Shown: positions 8,788 through 19,482, numbered from the stretch's first letter. The stretch: DNA of 64,000 nucleotides from Curvibacter sp. GWA2_63_95 (GCA_001795455.1 MGPB01000019.1:36630-100629), one strand, 5' to 3'. The notes: generated from the letters alone by a model not told the origin. Translations and numbers: made by a program.

Positions 8788-10980
8788 GTGATTCCAGACC
8801 CTGACCCTCTCCCCCCCACCGCTGCGCCGATCTCTTCCGCACTGGACGAGTTGCACCTGCCCCACCGCTTTCGGGCCTGGAGCGGCTCCCAGTTCGAAGA
8901 CGACAGTGACAACCTCTGGAAATTGGCCCTGGAAGGCTCTGGCGCTGGGGCCTGGGACTGGAACCTGATCACCGGCGAACAAATCCACTCCCAACGCTGG
9001 CAGCAAATGCTGGGCTACGAGGTCGGCGAAATTGCCGACGCCAACCACGAGTTTGTGAGCCGCGTCCACCCGGACGACCTGCCCCACGTGAGCGCGGCAT
9101 TCACCGACTACCTGCAGGGCCGCATCCCCAGCTACGCCGCGGATTTGCGCCTGCGCTGCAAGGACGGCCACTGGAAGTGGATCCACACGCGTGGCACGGT
9201 GGTGAGCCGCAACGCCCAGGGCCAACCACTGCGCATGATTGGCACCCACACCGACATCACCGATCGCAAGGCCGCCGAGATCGCCCTGCGCGACAGCGAA
9301 GAACGCTGGAAACTGGCACTGGAGAGCACCGGCGACGGCGTGTGGGACTGGCACATTGCCAGCGGGCGCGAATACTTCAGCAAACGCCTGGTGGAGATGT
9401 ACGGCTTTACCGAAGACGAACTGGCCGACCGGCCCGAAGAGCTCGACCAACGCACCCACCCGGACGATGTAGAGGCCATGCAGCGAGACCGCCAGGCCCA
9501 CTTCGACGGCATGACCCCCACCTACTCCAACGAACACCGCGTGCGGTGCAAAGACGGCAGCTGGAAATGGGTGCACACCCGCGGCATGGTGATCAGCCGC
9601 GACGCCAACGGCACGCCTGCCCGCATGATTGGCACGCACACCGACATCACCGACCGCAAGAACGCCGAAGCCCAGGTACGCCAGCATGCCTATTTCGACC
9701 CCCTGACCGGCCTGCCCAACCGGCGCATGCTGCGCGACCGGCTGGAGCAGGAAATCAAACGCAGCCGACGCGACGGCCTGCAACTGGCCATTCTGTTCAT
9801 CGACCTGGACCACTTCAAGGAAGTCAACGACACCCTGGGCCATGACAACGGCGACCTGCTGCTGGTAGAGGCAGCGCGCCGCCTGCGCCAGTGCGTGCGC
9901 GAATGCGACACCGTAGCCCGCATGGGCGGCGACGAGTTCACCGTGCTGCTCACCGAGCTGGCGCCCGACACCCACCTGGAGCAGCTGCTGCACAAGCTGC
10001 TACAGACCATGGCCCAGGTATTCCAGCTCGGGCAGGAGCAGGTGTTTGTGTCGGCCAGCGTGGGCGTCACGCTCTACCCGGCCGACGGCACCGAGCTGGA
10101 GGCGCTGTACAAAAACGCCGACCAGGCGCTGTATGTGGCCAAGGGCGCAGGGCGCAACCGCTTCAGCTTCTTCACCCCGGCGCTCCAGGAAGCTGCGCTC
10201 ACGCGTGCCCGGCTGACCAACGACTTGCGCCACGCAGTGGGCCAGCAGCAGTTGCAGCTGCTCTACCAGCCCATCGTGGCGCTGGCCAGTGGCGCCGTGC
10301 ACAAGGCCGAGGCCCTGCTGCGCTGGCGCCACCCCGAGCGCGGGCTGATCAGCCCGGCCGCATTCATCCCCATGGCCGAGACCAGTGGCCTGATCGTGCC
10401 CATGGGTGACTGGGTGTTTGAGCAGGCTGCGCTGCAGGTGCAGGCCTGGCGCCGCAGCCTGGCACCGACCTTTCAGATCAGCATCAATACCTCGCCCGTG
10501 CAGTTCCAGCACACCCAGCTGCCCGACGCCAACTGGGTGCGGCGCCTGGCGGCCATGGGTCTGCCCGGCGACAGCCTGTCCATCGAAATCACCGAAGGCG
10601 TGTTGCTGGACAGCAATGACGGTGTGACCGCCAAGCTGCTGGAGTGGCGCGACGCGGGACTGCAGGTGGCGCTGGACGACTTCGGCACCGGCTATTCCTC
10701 CCTGTCCTACCTGTTGAAGTTCGACATCGACTTCATCAAGATCGACCAGTCCTTTGTGCGCGACCTGCAGCCGGGGTCCACCAACTTCACGCTGTGCAAA
10801 GCGATGGTGGCCATGGCCCATGCGCTAGGCCTGCAGGTGGTGGCCGAGGGGGTGGAAACCGCCCAGCAGCGCGACCTGTTGATCGACGCGGGGTGCGACT
10901 ACGCGCAGGGCTACTTCTTTGCCCGGCCCATGACCGCCCCGGCCCTGGCGGAGTGGGTGACGCAGCAAGCCCCGGCATGA
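8788..10980 (+). CDS. PAS-PAS-GGDEF-EAL c-di-GMP signalling protein
   Basis: Two near-duplicate PAS_3/PAC repeats (RVHPDD, CKDG.WKW), RMGGDEF, KAEALLRW, DDFGTGYSSL. Confidence 0.92.
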   Translation: MIPDPDPLPPTAAPISSALDELHLPHRFRAWSGSQFEDDSDNLWKLALEGSGAGAWDWNLITGEQIHSQRWQQMLGYEVGEIADANHEFVSRVHPDDLPHVSAAFTDYLQGRIPSYAADLRLRCKDGHWKWIHTRGTVVSRNAQGQPLRMIGTHTDITDRKAAEIALRDSEERWKLALESTGDGVWDWHIASGREYFSKRLVEMYGFTEDELADRPEELDQRTHPDDVEAMQRDRQAHFDGMTPTYSNEHRVRCKDGSWKWVHTRGMVISRDANGTPARMIGTHTDITDRKNAEAQVRQHAYFDPLTGLPNRRMLRDRLEQEIKRSRRDGLQLAILFIDLDHFKEVNDTLGHDNGDLLLVEAARRLRQCVRECDTVARMGGDEFTVLLTELAPDTHLEQLLHKLLQTMAQVFQLGQEQVFVSASVGVTLYPADGTELEALYKNADQALYVAKGAGRNRFSFFTPALQEAALTRARLTNDLRHAVGQQQLQLLYQPIVALASGAVHKAEALLRWRHPERGLISPAAFIPMAETSGLIVPMGDWVFEQAALQVQAWRRSLAPTFQISINTSPVQFQHTQLPDANWVRRLAAMGLPGDSLSIEITEGVLLDSNDGVTAKLLEWRDAGLQVALDDFGTGYSSLSYLLKFDIDFIKIDQSFVRDLQPGSTNFTLCKAMVAMAHALGLQVVAEGVETAQQRDLLIDAGCDYAQGYFFARPMTAPALAEWVTQQAPA

Positions 10981-11038
10981 GGCCGCCTGGGGCGCACAGC
11001 TCCGTTCGGGCTGTGCCTGGCAACGCCCGTCTTTTGCG

Positions 11039-14000
11039 TCAATGCAGGCTGGCCAGCAGCGCCGCATTGCCACCCGCGGCGGTGGTGTTCACGGTCACCG
11101 TCTGCTCCGCGCAGAAGCGGAACAGGTAGTGCGGGCCGCCGGCTTTGGGGCCGGTGCCTGACAGGCCTTCGCCACCGAAAGGCTGCACCCCCACCACGGC
11201 GCCAATCATGTTGCGGTTGATGTAGATGTTGCCCACATGCGCCGCGTTTGCCAGCGCCTGGGCGCGGCTGTCGATGCGGGTCTGGATGCCCAGCGTGAGG
11301 CCGTAGCCCAGCGCGTTGATATGTGCGATCACGTCCTCGGGGTTGCTGGTATCCCCCGTGCCCCAGCGCACCACCTGCAGCACCGGGCCGAAAATTTCGG
11401 CCTTCACCTGGGCAATGCTGGCCACCTCGAAAGCATGTGGCGCGATCAGATTTGCTATTAAATTAGTAGCTGTTTGCGCACTATTTACGGGCGCTACAAG
11501 CACTTTTGACTCATTTTTCAGACGGTCGATGTGGCGCTGGATGTTGTCATAGGCCTCCCGGTCGATCAACGGCCCCAGGTCCGTGGCCAAGTCGGCCGGC
11601 GTGCCCACCTGCAACTCCTGGGCCGCCCCTTGCAGCATCTCGATCACACCGTCGGCAATGGCTTGGTGCACCACCAACAGGCGCAGTGCAGAGCAGCGCT
11701 GGCCGGCCGAGCGGAAGGCGCTTTGCACCACCGCGTCCACCACCTGTTCGGGCAGCGCGCTGCTGTCCACCAGCATGGCGTTGATGCCACCGGTCTCGGC
11801 AATCAGCGGCACGATGGGGCCGTCTTTGGCGGCCAGCGCGCGCTGGATGATCTTGGCCACCTGGGTGGAACCGGTGAACACCACACCAGCCACGCCGGGC
11901 TGCGCCACCAGGGCGGCGCCTACGGTTTCGCCCGCACCATGCAGCAGTTGCAAGGCATCGGCGGGCACGCCAGCGGCCACCATCAGGTCCACTGCGGCTT
12001 TGGCCACGCCTGGGGTTTGCTCGGCCGGCTTGGCCAGCACCGTGTTGCCCGTCGCCAAGGCGGCGGCCACCTGGCCCATGAAGATGGCCAGCGGGAAGTT
12101 CCAGGGGCTGATGCAGACCCAGACGCCACGCGCCGTGAGGCGCAGGGTGTTGGTCTCGCCGGTCACGCCGTACTGGTAGCCGGCTTGTGCGTTGGCGACC
12201 ACGGGACACTGAATGGGCTGCATGATGCGCTGCGCCTCGTCGGCGTAATAGCGCAGGAAGTCCACGGCCTCGCGCACCTCGCTCACCGCGTCACCCCAAG
12301 TCTTGAAGGCTTCTTTGACCAGCAGTGCGCAGAACTGCGGCATGGCGGCCTGCAGCGCATCGGCAGCGCGACGCAGCACCACGGCGCGCTCTTCGACGGG
12401 AACCTTGCTCCATTTTTGATAGCTGCTTGCGCAGGCAGCATAAGCATCAGGCACCCGTTTGGTATCAAACTCGGGCACCACCGGCACCGGGGTGGCCGGC
12501 AGGGCAGCCAGCAACGGGTCGCGCATGGTGGCCACGGTCAGGTCCAGGCCGGTGCTGTTGGCGCGGCTGCCCGGGTGCGTGCCAAACAGGTCGGCCGGCA
12601 ATGGCAGGCTGGGGTGGGGCTCCAGGCGCAGGGGCGAGATCAGCAGCTCCTCCATGCCCACCGACTCGTCGGCCAACTGGTGCACAAAGCTGGAGTTGGC
12701 GCCGTTTTCCAGCAGGCGGCGCACCAGGTAGGCCAACAAATCTTTGTGCGCGCCCACAGGGGCGTAGACGCGGCAGGCGACCAGGGGGTTCTTCAACACC
12801 TCGCGGTACACCCCTTCACCCATGCCGTGCAGGCGCTGCAGCTCAAACGGTGCGCCACTTTTGGCGCCCATTTGCAAAATGGCAGCGATGGTCGCCGCGT
12901 TGTGGGTGGCGAACTGGGGGTAGATGGCATCCGGCGCCGCCAGCAGTGCACGGGCGCAGGCCAGGTAGGACACATCGGTGTGGTGCTTGTGGGTGAACAC
13001 CGGGTAGTGCGGCAGGCCCAACTCCTGGGCGCGCTTGATTTCGGCGTCCCAGTAGGCGCCCTTGACCAGCCGGCACATCAGCTTGATCTGGTACTTGCGG
13101 GCCAGCACGGTGACGTGCTCGATGAGCTCCAGCGCACGGGTCTGGTAGGCCTGCATGGCCAGGCCCAGGCCGGTCCACTGCGGGCAGTGGCGGGCCACCA
13201 GCACCAGCAGGGCTTCCAGCACTTCGAGCGACAGCTCCAGGCGGTCCACCTCTTCCGCGTCAATGGTCAGGTTGATATGGGCCGCCGCAGCCGCTTCGCA
13301 CAGCGTCCAGACGCGGGGCACCAGCGCGTCCAGCACCGCCTGGCGGTGCGCGTCTTCGTAGCGCGGGTAGAGCGCGCTCAGCTTGATGGAAATACCATCG
13401 TTTTCGGCCAGTGCGCCCGTCTTGCTTGCGCGAGCAGCTATGAAATCAATAGCATCACCATAACTCTTCAAATAGCGCAACGCGTCCTTGTCGGTGCGGG
13501 CACCCTCGCCCAGCATGTCGTAGCTGAAGCGCACATTGGCTTTTTTGCGTGCGGCATCGGCCTCCTTCATCGCCTCGGGCATGGTCTGGCCCAGCACGAA
13601 CTGGCGGCCCAAGAGCTGCACGGCACGCAGGGTGGCCGCCACCACCGTGCGCGCACCCAACTTGGCCATGAGACCAGGCTCGTTCTGCGCATCGGGCAAA
13701 AAGTGTTTGGACAGCGCAATGGCCGTACTGGACAGGCGCGCGAGCACCTTGTCGCCGCTGGCCTCGAAGTCAGCGCGGCCCAGTTGGTCGGTGGTCAGCG
13801 CGATGGCGGTCTCGGCATCCGGCACCCGCAGCAGGGCTTCGGCCAGGCGCATCAGGGCCAGACCTTCGGCGCTGGAGATGGGGTATTCCTTGAGCAGGCT
13901 TTCCATGGCCCAGAAGGGCGGCGGGTTCTCGCGCACGGCCTGCACCCAAGGTTCGGCGGTGCGGGCGGCATGGGCCCAGTACAAGGTGCCGTCCAATTGC

Positions 14001-14074
14001 TGCAGACGCTGCGCAACGATTTCGCTCTCCGGGCGGTAGGGGGTGGGCAAACGGGGGGGGACGGCTTGGAACAT
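11039..14074 (-). CDS. putA: Bifunctional proline dehydrogenase / P5C dehydrogenase (no N-terminal RHH domain)
   Basis: SYDMLGEGA, GISIKLSAL, RLVKGAYWD, FATHNA, ISPWNFPLAIF, AETGG, SAGQRCSA, EIFGPVL; GGAG RBS before ATG 14074. Confidence 0.95.
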   Translation of the reverse strand: MFQAVPPRLPTPYRPESEIVAQRLQQLDGTLYWAHAARTAEPWVQAVRENPPPFWAMESLLKEYPISSAEGLALMRLAEALLRVPDAETAIALTTDQLGRADFEASGDKVLARLSSTAIALSKHFLPDAQNEPGLMAKLGARTVVAATLRAVQLLGRQFVLGQTMPEAMKEADAARKKANVRFSYDMLGEGARTDKDALRYLKSYGDAIDFIAARASKTGALAENDGISIKLSALYPRYEDAHRQAVLDALVPRVWTLCEAAAAAHINLTIDAEEVDRLELSLEVLEALLVLVARHCPQWTGLGLAMQAYQTRALELIEHVTVLARKYQIKLMCRLVKGAYWDAEIKRAQELGLPHYPVFTHKHHTDVSYLACARALLAAPDAIYPQFATHNAATIAAILQMGAKSGAPFELQRLHGMGEGVYREVLKNPLVACRVYAPVGAHKDLLAYLVRRLLENGANSSFVHQLADESVGMEELLISPLRLEPHPSLPLPADLFGTHPGSRANSTGLDLTVATMRDPLLAALPATPVPVVPEFDTKRVPDAYAACASSYQKWSKVPVEERAVVLRRAADALQAAMPQFCALLVKEAFKTWGDAVSEVREAVDFLRYYADEAQRIMQPIQCPVVANAQAGYQYGVTGETNTLRLTARGVWVCISPWNFPLAIFMGQVAAALATGNTVLAKPAEQTPGVAKAAVDLMVAAGVPADALQLLHGAGETVGAALVAQPGVAGVVFTGSTQVAKIIQRALAAKDGPIVPLIAETGGINAMLVDSSALPEQVVDAVVQSAFRSAGQRCSALRLLVVHQAIADGVIEMLQGAAQELQVGTPADLATDLGPLIDREAYDNIQRHIDRLKNESKVLVAPVNSAQTATNLIANLIAPHAFEVASIAQVKAEIFGPVLQVVRWGTGDTSNPEDVIAHINALGYGLTLGIQTRIDSRAQALANAAHVGNIYINRNMIGAVVGVQPFGGEGLSGTGPKAGGPHYLFRFCAEQTVTVNTTAAGGNAALLASLH
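11451..11518 (+). repeat. Repeat family A, copy 3 (inside putA, antisense)
   Basis: TTTGCTATTAAATTAGTAGCTGTTTGCGCACTATTTACGGGCGCTACAAGCACTTTTGACTCATTTTT. Confidence 0.88.
12406..12469 (+). repeat. Repeat family A, copy 4 (inside putA, antisense)
   Basis: TGCTCCATTTTTGATAGCTGCTTGCGCAGGCAGCATAAGCATCAGGCACCCGTTTGGTATCAAA. Confidence 0.75.
13401..13454 (-). repeat. Repeat family A, copy 5 (inside putA, sense)
   Basis: Reverse complement TGCTATTGATTTCATAGCTGCTCGCGCAAGCAAGACGGGCGCACTGGCCGAAAA. Confidence 0.78.
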
Positions 14075-14092
14075 ACGCACTCCATGAAATGT

Positions 14093-14155
14093 GAAACTTG
14101 TGCGTATTTTTAAAAGTTTCTACACGAATAAATATCTATATTTATCGAGATATTT
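14093..14155. promoter_or_regulatory. AT-rich divergent promoter region of putA with two inverted repeats (candidate PutR/Lrp sites)
   Basis: GAAACTT...AAGTTTC (14093-14120) and AAATATCT...AGATATTT (14130-14155). Confidence 0.4.
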
Positions 14156-14270
14156 AGTTTTAAATGCGGTATCGCCACCTGCAACATCCTGGTACGCACG
14201 GCGCCATCTATTGATGGAGGTCAAGTTTGCGCCAAGAATGCACCGCAGAATGCGCTTCAGGAGTTCGTGC

Positions 14271-16835
14271 ATGCCCCAAACCCGTTTGTTCACTGTGGGA
14301 AGGCGCCCTTGGGTGCTGGTACTGGCCCTGCTGGCCGTCCTGCAGGGCCTGGCCGGCGCCGCCCGAGCCGACCACCCGCGCGAGGTGCGCATGGGGGTCT
14401 ACCAAAACGAGCCCAAGATCTTCCTGAACGGGCAGCAGCAGCCCTCTGGCATTTTTGGCGAGTTGGCGCTGCAGATCGCCCGGCACCACAACTGGACCCT
14501 GGTGCCCGTGCCCTGCGAGTGGAAAGCCTGCCTGGAGGGCCTGCAGAACGGCAGCATCGACCTGATGCCGGACGTGGCCTTCACGCCCGAGCGGGCTGCG
14601 CTGTTTGACTTCCACACCACCCCGGCGCTGTTGAGCTGGTCGCAGATCTACGCCCGTCCGGAGGTGCCGATCCGCTCGGCCCTGGACCTCAAGGACCGGC
14701 GCGTTGCGGTACTGCAGGGTTCGGTGCAGCAGGAGTACCTGCGCAACCTGATGGCGGGTTTTGGGGTGCATGCCGAGCTGGTGCCGGTCGAAACCCTGGA
14801 GGAGGCGTTTCAACTGGCGGCCCGCGGCGGGGCGGACGCCGCCGTTGCCAACCGCTTCTATGGCGACTTGCAGGCGCCGCGCTTCAAGATGCAGTCCACG
14901 CCCGTGCTGTTCCAGCCCTCGCAGCTGTTTTTTGCCACCGGCAAAAACAAGAACCCAGACCTGCTTACCGCTGTCGAGACGGAGCTGCGGGCATGGCAGG
15001 CCGAGCCCACTTCGCACTACTTTGAGGTACTCAAGCGCTGGATGGAAACGCCGCCCCCAGCGCGGGTGCCCACCGTGGTGTGGTGGGCGCTGGGCGGCTT
15101 GGGCGGAGTCTTGGCACTGGCGGTGGGCGCCTGGGGCTTGTTGCGGCGCGAGGTGGCCGACAAAACCCGCAGCCTGCGCGCCAGCGAGGACCGGCTCAAC
15201 ACCATTCTGGACAGCGTGGATGCATTCATCTACATCAAAGACACCGAGCTGCGCTACCAGTATGCCAACCGCAAGGTGTACGAGCTGTTTGGCGCCCGCC
15301 CCGACGAGGTGGTGGGGCAAACCGACGACCACTACTTCGATGCCCCCACGGCGGCCAAGCTGCGGATCCACGACCTGCGGGTGGTGCAACACGGGGAGCG
15401 TGTGGAAGAGGTGGAGACCAACCGCCGCCTGGACGGGCAAAAAGAACGCACCTACCTGTCCATCAAGCTCCCCTTGCACCGGCCCGACGGCTCCATCTAC
15501 GCGCTGTGCGGCATTTCTACCGACATTTCCAAACAAAAGCAGGCCGAGCACGCCATCCACCAACTCGCGTTCTACGACCCGCTGACCCACCTGCCCAACC
15601 GGCGCCTGCTGATGGAGCGCCTGCAGCAGGCCCTCGCCGTCCAGCAACGCAGCCACGCATGCGGCGCCCTGCTGTTCATTGATGTGGACAACTTCAAAGA
15701 CCTCAACGACACCCTGGGCCACAGCACCGGGGATTTGCTGCTGTGCGAAATTGCGTCCCGCTTGTCGGCTTGCACCCGGGCCCAGGACACGCTGGCACGC
15801 CAAGGCGGCGATGAGTTTCTGGCCATGGTGCAAGACCTGGGCCAGTCGATGAGCGAGGCCGTGCTGCACACCCAGCACCTGGCTGAAAAAATTCTGCAGC
15901 GGCTGAGTGAGCCCTACTTGCTGGACGGCCACTACTACCAAACCTCGGTCAGCATTGGGGTGGCGATGTTTGGCGGCCCTGACTCCGACCAGGAGGAACT
16001 GCTCAAGCAAGCCGATCTGGCCATGTACCAGGCCAAAGCCGATGGGCGCAATACGGTGCGCTTTTTCAACCCCCAGATGCAGGCGCAAGTCAGCGCCCGC
16101 ACCGCCCTGGAGACGGACCTGCACCGCGCCCTGGAGGCGCGGCAGTTCTTGCTGTACTACCAGCCTCAGGTGGACACACAGGGGCAAGTGGTGGGCGTGG
16201 AGGCCTTGGTGCGCTGGCAGCACCCGGTGCGCGGCCTGGTGTCCCCGGCGGAATTTATCCCGGTGGCCGAAAGCTCCGGGCTGATTCTTCCCCTGGGCGA
16301 GTGGATACTGGAAACCGCCTGCAGGCAACTGGTGCAATGGGCCGCGCAAGCGCACACCGCGGCACTGTCGATTGCTGTCAACCTCAGCGCACGCCAGTTT
16401 CGCCAGGCAGACTTTGTGGACCAGGTCCGGTCCGTTCTGCAAGCCACCGGCGCCAATCCGCAACGCCTGGAGTTGGAGCTGACCGAAAGCCAGCTGATTG
16501 ACGACTTGGGCGGGGTGATCCAAAAAATGGATGCACTCAAGGCATTGGGCGTGCGCATCTCGCTGGACGACTTTGGCACAGGCTATTCCTCGCTCAACGT
16601 GCTCAAGCGCCTGCCACTGGACCAGCTCAAGATCGACCAGTCGTTTGTGCACGACCTGCTGCTGGACCACTCCAGCGCCAGCATCGTGCGTGCCATCGTC
16701 ACGCTGGGCGATAGCCTGCACCTGCAGGTGATCGCCGAGGGCGTGGAAACCACGGAACAGCGCGACGCCCTGGTGGCCTTGGGCTGCACCCACTTTCAGG
16801 GCTACCTCTTTGGCAGACCAACACCCACACCATGA
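14271..16835 (+). CDS. Periplasmic-binding-protein sensor-PAS-GGDEF-EAL protein
   Basis: Signal/TM segment, PBPb domain (GVYQNEPKIF, DLMPDVAFTPER), PAS, RQGGDEF, VEALVRW, DDFGTGYSS; AGGAG before ATG 14271. Confidence 0.9.
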   Translation: MPQTRLFTVGRRPWVLVLALLAVLQGLAGAARADHPREVRMGVYQNEPKIFLNGQQQPSGIFGELALQIARHHNWTLVPVPCEWKACLEGLQNGSIDLMPDVAFTPERAALFDFHTTPALLSWSQIYARPEVPIRSALDLKDRRVAVLQGSVQQEYLRNLMAGFGVHAELVPVETLEEAFQLAARGGADAAVANRFYGDLQAPRFKMQSTPVLFQPSQLFFATGKNKNPDLLTAVETELRAWQAEPTSHYFEVLKRWMETPPPARVPTVVWWALGGLGGVLALAVGAWGLLRREVADKTRSLRASEDRLNTILDSVDAFIYIKDTELRYQYANRKVYELFGARPDEVVGQTDDHYFDAPTAAKLRIHDLRVVQHGERVEEVETNRRLDGQKERTYLSIKLPLHRPDGSIYALCGISTDISKQKQAEHAIHQLAFYDPLTHLPNRRLLMERLQQALAVQQRSHACGALLFIDVDNFKDLNDTLGHSTGDLLLCEIASRLSACTRAQDTLARQGGDEFLAMVQDLGQSMSEAVLHTQHLAEKILQRLSEPYLLDGHYYQTSVSIGVAMFGGPDSDQEELLKQADLAMYQAKADGRNTVRFFNPQMQAQVSARTALETDLHRALEARQFLLYYQPQVDTQGQVVGVEALVRWQHPVRGLVSPAEFIPVAESSGLILPLGEWILETACRQLVQWAAQAHTAALSIAVNLSARQFRQADFVDQVRSVLQATGANPQRLELELTESQLIDDLGGVIQKMDALKALGVRISLDDFGTGYSSLNVLKRLPLDQLKIDQSFVHDLLLDHSSASIVRAIVTLGDSLHLQVIAEGVETTEQRDALVALGCTHFQGYLFGRPTPTP

Positions 16836-16969
16836 CACGACACAGCGCGACTGGTCCGCAGTGGCGACAAGGCCAAGGCCCCGATTTGCGGACGAGCCGG
16901 CGTGTCGTTGACACACGCCCCCCATCTGACCATGATGGACTAAATTAGATTTATTTACTAAGGAACGAC

Positions 16970-18937
16970 ATGAGCAACGTGATCGCCGGTGATGCCGGAT
17001 TTGGGTCTTTTTTCCGGTATCACGGTTGGCTGTCGCCGGGAGTCCGCCTGTTTCGACGGCTGAACTTCCCTGCCAAGGCGGGCTGGATTGCGGTGATGTT
17101 TCTGATACCGCTGACCATCATGCTGGGGGACCTGTGGAAAGCCAGCAACGACCAGGTGGAGTTCGCCCGCTCGGAATTGCTGGGTGTGGCCTATGTCCAA
17201 CCCTTGCATGACCTGATCCAGGTCGCGCAGGGACGGCGTCTAGCGGCCATGGATGGGGCCTCAGACCTCGACACCTGGAAGACCAAGGTAAGCGATGCTT
17301 TTGCCAAACTGGCAGAACAAAACAAGGCCAACGGCCAAACACTGGGAACGGGTCGCGCGTACGCTGCCGTCGAGACAGCCCATCAGGCCCTGCTGAACGC
17401 GCCTGTTGGCGCAGACCCCACGGCAACCTTCAATGCCCATAGCGCCTACATCGCGCTCTTGCTGGAACTGGGGCGAGAGGTGGCAGATACCTCACAACTG
17501 GCGCTGGATCCGGAGCTGGACACTTTTCATTTGATGAACTACGCCGTGCTGTTTGGCCCGCAACAAACAGACAATGTGTCCAAACTTACCGCCTTGGGCA
17601 AACTGGTGCTGAAAACCGGAAGCAAAACAGCCGACCAAAACGAAGACCTGGTCATGTTTGCAGGTGTTTTGGCCTTTGTCGACGGGATTGTTGAAAACAG
17701 TTATCTCAAGGCGGTGGCAGCAGAGGGCCTCAAAGACCCGGATGCCAAGTACGGCATGGCCCAGAACGACCAGCTGTATGACGACTTCGGCAAGGCCCTG
17801 AAAACCATGGTGCTTGGCGAAAAGGTGGAAGGTGACCCGAACCAACTGGAGCAGATGGGCACGGCCTCCGCGCGCGCAGAGCACGCCCTGAACACCAAAC
17901 TGATGGAGCGTCTGCGGTCCCGCCTGGAAGAGCGCGTGGGACAGATGCAAGCCCAGTTCCTGCAACAACTGGGGATTGCGGTGTTGTTTGTGGCCTTGGC
18001 GTTTTACATGCTGCTGGCGTTTTACAAAGTGATGATGGGGGGCCTGCGCGAGGTAACCGGGCACCTGGAGCAAATCAGCCAAGGCAACCTGATTACGGCC
18101 CCCACCCCGTGGGGCAAGGACGAGGCGGCCCACCTGATGATTACCCTGCGGGACATGGAGGCCAGCTTGCGCGTGATCGTGCGTGACACCTTGGACGGTG
18201 CGGCCAATGTCAATACGGCCAGCGAAGAGATTGCCTCCGCGTCACAAGACCTGTCGCGCCGCACCGAGGCCAGCGCGGCCGCTCTGGAGGAAACCGCGGC
18301 CACCATGACGCAGATTGCAGAAACCGTGCAGCGCACCTCCGACACGGTATCGGGCGCCGCCGACATTGTTCGCGCCAACGCCCGCTCGGCCCAACACGGC
18401 GGGGAGGTGATCTCACAGGTCGAGCAGACCATGCAAGGCATCAATGCCTCGTCCAGCAAGATTTCCGAAATCATCAGCGTCATCGACGGCATCGCCTTCC
18501 AAACCAACATCCTGGCCCTGAATGCGGCGGTAGAAGCAGCGCGTGCCGGTGAGCAGGGTCGCGGTTTTGCGGTCGTGGCCAGCGAGGTGCGCTCACTCGC
18601 CGGGCGCAGTGCCGAGGCAGCCAAGGAAATCAAGACCCTCATCAACGCCAGCATTGAGCAAGTTGAAAAAGGCACCCAGGTGGTGGGCGAGGCGGGCACC
18701 GCCATTGCGGACATTGTGGGGAACGCCGGGCGCATTGACAGCTTGATGACCGAAATCGCCAACGCCACCAAGGAGCAATCGGCAGGTGTCGGTCAGGTGG
18801 GCGCCGCGGTGCACGACCTGGACCAAAACACCCAACAAAATGCCGCCTTGGTGGAAGAAACCGCCGCTGCGGCCACCGCGCTGTCGGACCAGGCCGAGCG
18901 CCTGGCGCAGGTGGTGTCATTTTTCAAACTCAAATAA
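16970..18937 (+). CDS. Methyl-accepting chemotaxis protein
   Basis: Two TM segments, HAMP and [26 protein letters not shown] signalling domain. Confidence 0.92.
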   Translation: MSNVIAGDAGFGSFFRYHGWLSPGVRLFRRLNFPAKAGWIAVMFLIPLTIMLGDLWKASNDQVEFARSELLGVAYVQPLHDLIQVAQGRRLAAMDGASDLDTWKTKVSDAFAKLAEQNKANGQTLGTGRAYAAVETAHQALLNAPVGADPTATFNAHSAYIALLLELGREVADTSQLALDPELDTFHLMNYAVLFGPQQTDNVSKLTALGKLVLKTGSKTADQNEDLVMFAGVLAFVDGIVENSYLKAVAAEGLKDPDAKYGMAQNDQLYDDFGKALKTMVLGEKVEGDPNQLEQMGTASARAEHALNTKLMERLRSRLEERVGQMQAQFLQQLGIAVLFVALAFYMLLAFYKVMMGGLREVTGHLEQISQGNLITAPTPWGKDEAAHLMITLRDMEASLRVIVRDTLDGAANVNTASEEIASASQDLSRRTEASAAALEETAATMTQIAETVQRTSDTVSGAADIVRANARSAQHGGEVISQVEQTMQGINASSSKISEIISVIDGIAFQTNILALNAAVEAARAGEQGRGFAVVASEVRSLAGRSAEAAKEIKTLINASIEQVEKGTQVVGEAGTAIADIVGNAGRIDSLMTEIANATKEQSAGVGQVGAAVHDLDQNTQQNAALVEETAAAATALSDQAERLAQVVSFFKLK

Positions 18938-18948
18938 GAAGGCCCCGC

Positions 18949-19422
18949 GTGAGCGACTTGGCTGAACTGGACCGGATTGACCTGCGCATCCTGACCTGCC
19001 TGCAAGAGGATGGACGACTGTCCAATCTGAAACTGGCCGAGACCGTGGGGCTATCCCCCACGGCGGTACTGGCCCGCGTACAGCGGCTCACCAAAGACGC
19101 GTACATCCTGGGCTATGAAGCCCGTTTGAACCCGCTCAAGTTGGGCGCGGGCATGATGGTCTTTATTGAGGTACTGCTGGACAAGACCACGCCCAATGTG
19201 TTTGACGCCTTCAAGGCTGCGGTGCAGGTGCGCCCCGAAATCATGGAGTGCCACATGGTGGCCGGCGGCTTTGACTACCTGCTCAAAACCCGCATGGCGG
19301 ACATGGTGGCCTACCGGCAGTTTGCAGGGACCGTGCTGTGGCAGCTGCCCGGCGTACGCGAGACGCGCACCTATGCGGTGATGGAAGAAATCAAGAACAC
19401 CACCCATCTGAAGCTGCAATAA
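18949..19422 (+). CDS. Lrp/AsnC-family regulator (PutR-like)
   Basis: LDRIDLRILTCLQEDGRLSNLKLAETVGLS HTH; ECHMVAGGFDYLLK. Confidence 0.92.
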   Translation: MSDLAELDRIDLRILTCLQEDGRLSNLKLAETVGLSPTAVLARVQRLTKDAYILGYEARLNPLKLGAGMMVFIEVLLDKTTPNVFDAFKAAVQVRPEIMECHMVAGGFDYLLKTRMADMVAYRQFAGTVLWQLPGVRETRTYAVMEEIKNTTHLKLQ

Positions 19423-19482
19423 CAAGCTGGCGCCCAAGCTTGTGAAGTGACCCATGCCTACCGACGGCGGGCGCGGGCGCAC

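Noticed and set aside
8900-9660. Internal ~370 bp imperfect duplication in the GGDEF-EAL gene
   Set aside because: Explained by tandem PAS/PAC domains, a common architecture
11531-16925. Very long antisense ORFs (860 and 905 aa) and similar shadows at 34647-37268, 48286-49944 and 50838-52658
   Set aside because: Typical shadow ORFs opposite real genes in high-GC DNA with strong codon bias
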